Assembly: GCA_016839445.1 (NCBI GenBank)
Contig: JAEOUG010000125.1
Span: forward strand, 1-36,139
Source: Candidatus Thorarchaeota archaeon
GTDB taxonomy: Archaea > Asgardarchaeota > Thorarchaeia > Thorarchaeales > Thorarchaeaceae
DNA length: 36,139 bases
Direction of reading: 5' to 3'
Below, one piece after another: positions 1 to 7,828 of the stretch. A program made the position numbers and the translations under genes. Numbering within the stretch: position 1 is the first letter of the stretch; each line of letters opens with the position of its first letter. Under the pieces are notes generated by a model. The model was given only the letters and a program-made list of their open reading frames with translations, made no database searches and was not told the DNA's origin.

Positions 1-8
1 AAAGAGCG

Positions 9-2378
9 ATGATTCTCACAGTTATTGCAGCAGCAATTGTAAGTCTCTTGTACGCCTGGTGGCTCAGGAGAGGTGTCCTCGCGCAGGACAAGGGTACTGA
101 GCAGATGCAGAAGGTCTGGAACGGCATCAAGGAGGGCGCATTGTCCTACCTTAGAAGACAGTTGAAGACCATTGTCCCAATACTGTTCGTGCTGTCCATC
201 CTTCTCTTCTTCACCGTTTATATCACGACTCCCGAGCGTGGTACTGAGCGACTCTTCGAGGCTACCCCAGAGCTGGGTAAGATCCTTGTCGGAGTAGGCC
301 GGTCTCTTGCTTTCGTTGTGGGTGCAAGCTTCTCATTGGCTGTGGGACAGCTGGGCATGCGCATTGCTGTGGAGTCGAATATCAGGGTTGCACAGGCTAC
401 TCGAGAGGGTGAAGATCGATACAACAGAGCACTAACAATCTCCTACCGCGGCGGTACCTACACAGGTATGTTGACCGACGGACTGGGTCTCCTCGGAGGC
501 ACTGTCGTCTTCATAATCTTCGGTATCGCAGCGCCTGATGCACTGCTAGGCTTTGGTCTGGGTGGCACCCTGCTCGCTCTCTTCATGAGAGTAGGCGGTG
601 GCATCTACACGAAGGCCGCTGATGTTGGTGCAGACCTCGTTGGCAAGGTCGAACATGGCCTGCCTGAGGACGACCCACGCAATGCAGCGGTCGTAGCAGA
701 CCTAGTAGGCGACAACGTAGGCGACTGTGCAGGTATGGCTGCCGACATTTTCGAGTCATACGAGGTCACGATTGTGTCCGCACTGATTCTAGCTATTGTG
801 CTCTATCTGAACATGCTCGAAGCCTTTGAGGACTTCCTCATTCCTATTCCCTTCCTGTCCCCCCTGGCAGTGGTTGTCTTCCCGCTCTTCGTCAGAGCAA
901 TCGGAGTCATATCTTCAATGATAGGTACTGTCATGGTGCCTGTCTGGCCAAGACTCCTGAGGAAGCGTGCTGTATACGCAGAGAAGGCCATGTTCCTCTC
1001 CTATGAGGCATCCAGCATCTTCACAATCGTTCTCACCACGATCCTATCGTGGTTCTACGTCGGAGACCTGCGGTTTGGAATACTCATTGCAGTGGGTGTG
1101 ATGTTGGCTGTGTCATTCAACCCGATTACCAGCTACTTCACGTCGCTCAAGAAACCGCCAGTTCAGGAGATTGTGAAGTCTGCAGACACTGGTAATGCGA
1201 CCTTCATCCTGTCCGGCATCGTTGCTGGATACGAGTCGACAGTCGCTGCACTCGTGGTGATTGTGGCTACCTTCGGTATCGCTTGGGCGCTGTTCGCTGC
1301 ACCCATAGCAGTTGCCTTGGCTCCATTCCTCATCAATCCAGCTCTCGTCACTGATGTCATGACAGGCAATCTGTGGACACTCTACGGTATTGCTTTGATT
1401 GGTATCGGGATGCTCTCGCACACTGGCAACAACGTCGCAATGGACAGCTACGGCCCCATCAGCGACAACGCTGCTGGAATAGGTGAGCTCTCCCCCGGCG
1501 ACTTCGATGAGAAGGCCATGAAGACCATGGCTGAGCTAGACGCTGTGGGCAACACGACCAAGGCAATCACCAAGGGCGTAGCCATTGCCTCTGCAGTCAT
1601 AGCAGCGGTGAGTCTGTTCGACAGCTTCGTTGTCATTGCTCTGGAGCCTCTGGGTCTCGAACACCTCTTCCTTGACGACCCGCGAGTGTTCGCTGGTCTC
1701 TTGCTCGGTGCTGCCCTTCCATGGCTGTTCTCGGCCGTGAACATCAAGGCGGTGACACGAGCAGCAGGAGAGATGGTCATGGAGGTTCGTCGTCAGTTCA
1801 AGATTCCCGGAATCCTTGAAGGGACCGTTGAACCGGACTACGACCGTGCCGTAGACATCTCGACCACAGCAGCGCAGAAGGAGCTGATATCCCTCGCAGC
1901 ACTCACTGTTTCCGTGCCATTGATCGTGGCAATCCTGTTCGGTGTTGCTGCTCTGGGCGGCTTCCTTGGTGGTATCATCGTTTCAGGCCAACTTCTCGCA
2001 GTGTACATGTCCAACACAGGTGGCGCATGGGACAACGCAAAGAAGGCCATTGAAGATGAGCCCTGCGACATCCAGGCCAACACTGGCAAGGGGTCCGAGC
2101 GTCACAAGTGTGGTGTCGTTGGAGACACAATCGGTGACCCGCTGAAGGACACTGCTGGTCCGGCACTGAACCCAATGATCAAAGTGGTCAACCTTCTCGC
2201 GCTGATTCTGGCCCCCGTGCTAGTAATGCTTGAGACTTCAGGCACCACTGAGATGATGGCTGCAGCTGCTATTGCACTCTTCGTTCTCTTCCTGATGACC
2301 ATCTGGTCTCTTCGAAAGAGCATGAAGCCAGCAGACTTCGGCATGGGCCACGCGGTTGAGGCCGAGGCAGTTCAGTAA
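9..2378 (+). CDS. hppA: Membrane-bound proton-translocating pyrophosphatase, K+-independent type (start may lie upstream of the window)
   Basis: Motifs GGGIYTKAADVGADLVGKVE, EDDPRN, DNVGD, GPISDNA, GGAWDNAKK and GDTIGDPLKD; many TM helices. GNTTKA has Lys at the K+-dependence determinant position. Confidence 0.95.
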   Translation: MILTVIAAAIVSLLYAWWLRRGVLAQDKGTEQMQKVWNGIKEGALSYLRRQLKTIVPILFVLSILLFFTVYITTPERGTERLFEATPELGKILVGVGRSLAFVVGASFSLAVGQLGMRIAVESNIRVAQATREGEDRYNRALTISYRGGTYTGMLTDGLGLLGGTVVFIIFGIAAPDALLGFGLGGTLLALFMRVGGGIYTKAADVGADLVGKVEHGLPEDDPRNAAVVADLVGDNVGDCAGMAADIFESYEVTIVSALILAIVLYLNMLEAFEDFLIPIPFLSPLAVVVFPLFVRAIGVISSMIGTVMVPVWPRLLRKRAVYAEKAMFLSYEASSIFTIVLTTILSWFYVGDLRFGILIAVGVMLAVSFNPITSYFTSLKKPPVQEIVKSADTGNATFILSGIVAGYESTVAALVVIVATFGIAWALFAAPIAVALAPFLINPALVTDVMTGNLWTLYGIALIGIGMLSHTGNNVAMDSYGPISDNAAGIGELSPGDFDEKAMKTMAELDAVGNTTKAITKGVAIASAVIAAVSLFDSFVVIALEPLGLEHLFLDDPRVFAGLLLGAALPWLFSAVNIKAVTRAAGEMVMEVRRQFKIPGILEGTVEPDYDRAVDISTTAAQKELISLAALTVSVPLIVAILFGVAALGGFLGGIIVSGQLLAVYMSNTGGAWDNAKKAIEDEPCDIQANTGKGSERHKCGVVGDTIGDPLKDTAGPALNPMIKVVNLLALILAPVLVMLETSGTTEMMAAAAIALFVLFLMTIWSLRKSMKPADFGMGHAVEAEAVQ

Positions 2379-2387
2379 ACCTCTATT

Positions 2388-2424
2388 GGTGGCACACTGT
2401 GCCACCTCTCTTCTTCTTTTTCTC
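2388..2424 (+). terminator. Hairpin followed by a pyrimidine tract after hppA
   Basis: GGTGGCAC-act-GTGCCACC (2388-2406) followed by TCTCTTCTTCTTTTTCTC. Confidence 0.6.
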
Positions 2425-2492
2425 TTATATTACGCTAGGAATCGACAACCCTTTATTCGTTCACCAGCGTAGCTTCAGATTGGAGAGATCGC

Positions 2493-3650
2493 ATGAAGGA
2501 AGGAGAAATGACGCTCACAGGCCAGTTTGAGGGCCATGAGTTCACGGTATGGTCTCTTGCGATGACCACAGATGGGCTGACTGTGGTGTCAGGGGGGCAG
2601 GACGCGTCAATCAGAGTCTGGGACCTGGGCAACGAGCGGGAGATTCACAAATTCGTCGGCCATGAAGGGCCCGTCTATGGGCTTGCCATCACTCCAGACA
2701 ACAAGAGGCTTGTCTCAATTGCGGACAAGGACCTTGCAGTTAAGGTGTGGGACCTTGAGACCTTCCACCTCATCTCGTCCTTGGCGCCCAACTCAGCACA
2801 TGTGGCGACGGTGGCTGTAAGCCCAGATCAGAGGTTCATTGTCACTGGTTCAGAAGAGGGGATAATCAGGTATTGGGACGCTGACAGGGGTGTGCTTCTC
2901 AAGAAGCTCGATTGCGCACACAGGGTCTACTCCATGATGATAAGCCCGGATGGAAGATACTTGCTCCTGGGAAGCAGAAGGCTTCCTGCCTCACGTGACC
3001 CCGGAATCGTGAGCATCTGGGAGTTCGAGCTTGGAGCACACGTACGCACTCTTGAAGGACACAGAGGCAATGTCACTGCTCTCGCAATGACTGCCGACTC
3101 GAAGTACATTCTCTCAGGTGGACAAGACGGAGAGGTCCATCTCTGGGATCTGGAAACGGGCACTCTTCTCAAGACCATGAGTGGCCACGCTGGGGCAGTT
3201 CTCAAGATTCACGTCACCAACGATGGACAACATGTAATCACGGGCTCTAGAGACGGGACAGTGCGAGCTTGGATTCTACGTGGAGGCGTTCTCCTTCAGG
3301 ACCTTACCCTGACTGAGAATGTTCAGTCACTCGTTGTTTCTCCTGACGGCCGGAATGTGATTACTGGGACAGTGGAGGGACTCGTCGAGGTCTGGGACTT
3401 CGAGAAGAGAAGTCCTTGGTTTGACACCTCGAAGGAGGATGCTGAGGCACGCCGGGCTGAACTCGAGGCCTTCAGAATAGTCCAGCTCCGTAAGATAATG
3501 TCTCGCTATGAAGCTCTGCCTCTTGACAGACTGGCGACGCTTCTCAGGTTCAAGTCACTTGAGGAGATGGAGGACTGGCTTCTCGAGCTTCCTCCGGAGA
3601 CTCCTATTCGTATCGATGGTCAAGAGATAGTCATCAAGAAGGCAGGGTAG
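2493..3650 (+). CDS. WD40-repeat protein (about 7 blades) with a C-terminal PCI-like winged-helix extension
   Basis: Repeated GH...V..LA.T.DG...SG..D..V.VWD units. The last ~65 aa (LRKIMSRYEALPLDRLATLLRF...IRIDGQEIVI) look like a winged helix. Confidence 0.85.
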   Translation: MKEGEMTLTGQFEGHEFTVWSLAMTTDGLTVVSGGQDASIRVWDLGNEREIHKFVGHEGPVYGLAITPDNKRLVSIADKDLAVKVWDLETFHLISSLAPNSAHVATVAVSPDQRFIVTGSEEGIIRYWDADRGVLLKKLDCAHRVYSMMISPDGRYLLLGSRRLPASRDPGIVSIWEFELGAHVRTLEGHRGNVTALAMTADSKYILSGGQDGEVHLWDLETGTLLKTMSGHAGAVLKIHVTNDGQHVITGSRDGTVRAWILRGGVLLQDLTLTENVQSLVVSPDGRNVITGTVEGLVEVWDFEKRSPWFDTSKEDAEARRAELEAFRIVQLRKIMSRYEALPLDRLATLLRFKSLEEMEDWLLELPPETPIRIDGQEIVIKKAG

Positions 3651-3704
3651 ACACAGCCCCGCTTAGCGGTCAAGATATATGCCTTCACGACAAGCCTCGC
3701 CTAG

Positions 3705-4688
3705 GTGGGACTCCTTATGGGAGAATCGATAGAAGAACAAGTCGACAAACCAAATCGAGAGACATACGAATATTCAGGCTCGCCAGTCCCGTTCATTACA
3801 TTGCTGGGCTTGGCCATCATAACGCTAGTACTCGCGTTCTATGGCGATGCATTTGGCATTCTCGTTGGGTTGGGCTTCGAGCAAACGCTGTTGATGGTCA
3901 TTGGCGTATTCAGCCTTCTACTACTTCCCGGCACCGTTGCCATCAATAGACAGTGGCAGGAGGCTATCATCCTAAGGTTCGGGAGATACAAGCGTCTTGT
4001 TGGGCCTGGGCTCTTCTTCAAGTGGCCGGGTGCTGAGAAGTTCCTTCGCCAGGATATGAGGATACAGACCCTAGACGTCATGAAGCAAGAAGTCATGACG
4101 AAAGACAACATTAGTCTCATTGCTGATGCGGTTGTCTTCATGAAGGTCATCAATACCGCGAAGAGCCTCATCAACATCCTGGATGTCAAGTTGAGTGTTG
4201 TCCAGTACTCTCAGACCACAATGCGTGATGTCATTGGTAATGTAGAGCTGGACGAGCTCCTTGAGAAGCGTGATGAGATCGCGGACAGAATAAAGACAAT
4301 CGTGGACGCAGCAACTGCAGACTGGGGTGTAGACATCCTGAGTGTTAATCTGCAGAACATAGAACTTCCCGATGACATGAAGCGCGTCATTGCGAGGCAG
4401 GCCGAAGCCGAGCGCGAGCGTCGAGCGGTTATCATCAAGAGCGAAGGTGAGCTCAGGGCCGCCAAGAACCTTGAGGCCGCCGTTCGCCAGATGAGTTCGC
4501 AGGCACTCTATCTGAGAACGCTCTCCAGTCTTGAAGACATCAGCTTCGACCAGAGCAACACCATTGTCTTCGCCATACCCCTTGACGTCGTAAGCGGTGA
4601 GATCATGGGGCTGGCAGGCCTGGCCGGGGCAGCGAGAACAGCGAAGGAGGTTCAAGACTCCGAGAAGGCGCTAAGGAGCAAGAAATGA
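3705..4688 (+). CDS. SPFH/band-7 (stomatin-like) membrane protein
   Basis: N-terminal TM segments; RFGR...GPGLFF, QEVMTKDN, QTTMRDVIG..ELDELL..RDEI, and RQAEAERERRAVII.SEGE. Confidence 0.92.
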   Translation: MGLLMGESIEEQVDKPNRETYEYSGSPVPFITLLGLAIITLVLAFYGDAFGILVGLGFEQTLLMVIGVFSLLLLPGTVAINRQWQEAIILRFGRYKRLVGPGLFFKWPGAEKFLRQDMRIQTLDVMKQEVMTKDNISLIADAVVFMKVINTAKSLINILDVKLSVVQYSQTTMRDVIGNVELDELLEKRDEIADRIKTIVDAATADWGVDILSVNLQNIELPDDMKRVIARQAEAERERRAVIIKSEGELRAAKNLEAAVRQMSSQALYLRTLSSLEDISFDQSNTIVFAIPLDVVSGEIMGLAGLAGAARTAKEVQDSEKALRSKK

Positions 4689-4964
4689 AGCGCCAAACGC
4701 GAAACGAGTAGAGGCCATCATAGTCCTTGGAGGAGCAAGCCGAGACACTGGACCAGGGTCTACTCTGTCCAGTGTCCATCTCTACACAAGAGCCATGATA
4801 CCCAACCTTGACGCAATCTCTTGAGGGTATGTCATCTTGGGTATTGCACGTAGTCGTACTACAGTGTTTCAGTTCGCTCAGTTAGAGAAGCAGCGTGGCG
4901 CCGAAGAGTCATCGAAACTGAAGGAGCACTGAGGGGTCAATCTACAGGGCAGAGGCTGAGTACT

Positions 4965-6368
4965 CTAACTGCTCACGGTCTGCGCAACTTGAATCACATC
5001 TTCGCTTTGCTTGTCGTTCGCCGGGGCGATGGCTGACCTGAGTGCAAGGAATCCGAGCGACCCTGAAATCAGTGAGGCTATGAGGATTCCCGCCTTCGCT
5101 GATGCTAGAACCACCCCTGGAATGAATGAGAGCCCTGCGATGAAGAGGGATATCGTGAAGCCCACTCCAGTTAGCAGCGCGATACCAAGTATCAGATCTC
5201 GGTTCATGACTTCAGGAATGCCTATACGTCCAGTCTTTTCTGCCAGCCATAGGCTTGAGAGTACTCCTACAGGCTTGCCAACTACAAGGCCGAAGATGAT
5301 TCCCAATGTCACGGGCTGAGAGAAGAGCTCGAAGACACTCACCTCGAGCCTTACTCCCGCGTTGGCCAACGCAAAGAGCGGCACGATAAGGAACGCCACC
5401 CAAGGCGCCAACATGACCTCTATCCTCTGTAAAGGTGCCTCGACATCACGACAGGCTTTCTCAAGGGTGTGGGTTGTGTTCTGGAACGCCTTGGAGTCAA
5501 CCTCCTCCGGAGAGCAACTCACGATCTTCTCAAGACGCTCGTGGAGCTGGCCGCTTATCTCTCTGAACTCGCCGTAGTCAATCTTCGTCGTGGCCGGGAT
5601 TGTGAGAGCGAGGAGTACACCTGCTAGAGTAGGATGGATCCCTGCGAAGAACAGAGAACACCAGAGCGCGATTCCAATCAACAAGTACGGGAGCCTCATT
5701 CGAACCCCGAGGCGGTTTAGAATCGCCATGAATACAACGAACCCTGCACTAAGAGCTAGAGGAACAAGCAGGATGCCGTGTGAATAGAAGAGGGCAATGA
5801 CCAGAATGCCGCCAAGGTCATCTGCGATGGCCAGAGTTGTCAAGAAGACTTTCGTGGGTGTGGGTATCCTGTCGCCAAAGAGACCTAGTATTCCGAGACA
5901 GATGGCAATGTCTGTTGCCATTGGGATGGCCCATCCTGCAGAACCAGGACTGCCAGGGGGGTTGAATACAGAGTAGATGAGTGCAGGAACGAGCATTCCA
6001 CCAGCCGCTGCAATGACAGGTAGGACCGCCTGTTCGAAGGATGAAAGCCATCCAATCAGGAGTTCTCTCTTTATCTCAAGGCCGATCAGGAAGAAGAAGA
6101 CGGCCATCAAGAAATCGTTGATCCAGAAGCCCAGTGGCTCATCTATGACGACTGAGCCTATGCCTAGGGACAGGTGAGTCCCCCAGAAAGCGTCATATGT
6201 CCACCCTATGGGCAGGTTCACCCAGATGAGGGCTAAGAGTAGACAGGCAAGCAGAAGCATGCCACCTGATGCCTCGATTCTCATGAACTCCCTGAAGGGG
6301 CGAATCGTACGATAGAGAAATGGATGAACGGGTCTTGACTTCTTGTATCTCTTCTGGGCTTCCTTCAA
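4965..6368 (-). CDS. nhaA: Na+/H+ antiporter NhaA
   Basis: EASGG, WINDFLMAVFFFLIGLEIKRE, GWAIPMATDIA, LAIADD, PLFALANAG, GKPVG and GVGFTISLFI motifs. TTG start with a GGAGG SD at 6376-6380. Confidence 0.96.
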   Translation of the reverse strand: MKEAQKRYKKSRPVHPFLYRTIRPFREFMRIEASGGMLLLACLLLALIWVNLPIGWTYDAFWGTHLSLGIGSVVIDEPLGFWINDFLMAVFFFLIGLEIKRELLIGWLSSFEQAVLPVIAAAGGMLVPALIYSVFNPPGSPGSAGWAIPMATDIAICLGILGLFGDRIPTPTKVFLTTLAIADDLGGILVIALFYSHGILLVPLALSAGFVVFMAILNRLGVRMRLPYLLIGIALWCSLFFAGIHPTLAGVLLALTIPATTKIDYGEFREISGQLHERLEKIVSCSPEEVDSKAFQNTTHTLEKACRDVEAPLQRIEVMLAPWVAFLIVPLFALANAGVRLEVSVFELFSQPVTLGIIFGLVVGKPVGVLSSLWLAEKTGRIGIPEVMNRDLILGIALLTGVGFTISLFIAGLSFIPGVVLASAKAGILIASLISGSLGFLALRSAIAPANDKQSEDVIQVAQTVSS

Positions 6369-6621
6369 TAGCCTTCCTCCCTTTTGCTAATCTGAGTGTA
6401 TGTGGACTGAGACATTCATCTGTCCACAGAAAAGGTCGTGGATGCATTCGGAGTCCTTTCTGTCTTTTATCTTAGATGATGTGACGCAGCTCAGAAGATA
6501 CAAGAAGCGGGGTTTGGGTTCGAGCAGAGCAAAAGAAGGGAAAGTAGGTAGCCTACTTTTGTAGGTATTCGCGTGGTTAGGAGGGGAGTTTGTTTGAATC
6601 TGCTCTGCTCCGAACCCTACC
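6369..6621 (-). promoter_or_regulatory. Long structured 5' leader of nhaA (candidate cis-regulatory RNA)
   Basis: TATA-like TTAATATA at about 6639-6646 on the minus strand. Helices: 6511-6531/6601-6621, anti-SD 6528-6544/6372-6388, and 6488-6507/6339-6360. Hairpins at 6541-6559 and 6401-6428. Confidence 0.6.
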
Positions 6622-6694
6622 AGAATCGTTCTCTGACATATATTAAGCATTTAGTTTGGGGAATTTGTAAGAATTGCCGGGGCGGCAATCTCTT

Positions 6695-7021
6695 CTAGCG
6701 CATCCATTTGAGATCTTTCACAATGAAGTCGGAGATGGAGCTGAGCAGCTTGCCGAGCTTCTCACCTCTCTTAGTGAGAAGGTGCACAATCTCTTTGCCT
6801 TCCTTCTGAATCTCAATCAACTCATTGTCCAGCAGGAACTTCCGGGCGCTGGCCACTCTTGCGCCGTTGAGCGCAGGAAGGGTCTTCGTTTCAAGACCCT
6901 TCTTGATAATCTCGTCTGCTCTGGCTCTGCCCTTGAGCCTTGTGAGGAGGAGAATGACTGTGAGTTCATACTCGCCTCTCAGGAGCTTGACGAACGGACT
7001 GATCTTAGCCATGACAGTCAA
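6695..7021 (-). CDS. Small winged-helix transcriptional regulator (MarR/HxlR/ArsR-like); start possibly at ATG 7012
   Basis: ARKFLLDNELIEIQKEGKEIVHLLTKRGEKL is a typical recognition helix, wing and LTxxG motif. Confidence 0.75.
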   Translation of the reverse strand: MTVMAKISPFVKLLRGEYELTVILLLTRLKGRARADEIIKKGLETKTLPALNGARVASARKFLLDNELIEIQKEGKEIVHLLTKRGEKLGKLLSSISDFIVKDLKWMR

Positions 7022-7243
7022 AACCTGTGTGAGAATAACACGGTCCTTGACTATGAATCTTGATACTATGAATAGCGCCGGAGAGAATCACTCCTGCTTG
7101 GCCACTTCCTAGGTCCACCTTGAGGAAGATTGTGTCATGTCTTTTCCAAGTACTCAGTCGTACTTGTCGATGTCAGATTACATCAGGCTCGAGAGCGGGA
7201 AAACGGAAGAAAGATATCTTAGGGGGTCACCCTGTGTCTTTGG

Positions 7244-7801
7244 GTGAGTTTGATGAGGCGGTTGCTACGCTACATGCTTTTCCTCTACGTCGTCTTGAGT
7301 CCAATTGGGGCCACTGCTGTCCCCCAAGACGGATCTGAAAGAGAGATGCAGATAACGGCTGATTTCTGGATTGACCCAGGGCAAATCAGCTCGTGGTACA
7401 GTCACACTAGCGGACAGGTCTATATCCAGGTCCGAGTATCGACCGGCAGCGGCCTGGTTTTCTTCATATGTGACCGCGACAACTACGACGATTGGCGGGA
7501 TGGCTACAGCTCTACTCGGTACCACATCGACGAGAATATGGTGTCCAAGTCAATGACTTTCGACTTCCCATACTACGATGAGTGGAGGGTCGTGTTCTAC
7601 AATGACAAGTCCTCCAGTCAATACCTCACGGGCTGGGTTGGACTGGACCCGCCGCCCTTCTACATGAGCCCAGCATTCCCGATTCTCGTTGTTTCAATCG
7701 TTGGAGTGGCTGCCGGGGTGATTGGAGTCCTCTTCTGGAGGAGCAGGAAGAAACCACAGAGAGTGCCACCTCCACCTCAGATCGAAGGAGCGCTCTATTG
7801 A
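7244..7801 (+). CDS. Type I membrane protein with a beta-sandwich (GOLD/p24-like) ectodomain
   Basis: Signal-peptide-like N-terminus; beta-rich domain (VYIQVRV..GSGLVFFICD..NY..W...FDFPYYDEWRVVFYN); C-terminal TM helix; basic, Pro-rich tail. Confidence 0.55.
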   Translation: MSLMRRLLRYMLFLYVVLSPIGATAVPQDGSEREMQITADFWIDPGQISSWYSHTSGQVYIQVRVSTGSGLVFFICDRDNYDDWRDGYSSTRYHIDENMVSKSMTFDFPYYDEWRVVFYNDKSSSQYLTGWVGLDPPPFYMSPAFPILVVSIVGVAAGVIGVLFWRSRKKPQRVPPPPQIEGALY

Positions 7802-7828
7802 GAACAGTCAACTCGGGAAAACATTCAT

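Noticed and set aside
4700-4745. GGAGCAAG and CGAAAC as SRP RNA helix 8 or a hammerhead core
   Set aside because: The other conserved elements (CAGG..GNRA helix, CUGANGA) are missing.
6387-6650. 87-aa ORF upstream of nhaA
   Set aside because: Its ATG lies upstream of the putative TATA box and it has no protein-like features. The region is better explained as structured RNA. The shorter uORFs (6419-6387 and 6447-6193) are also unsupported.
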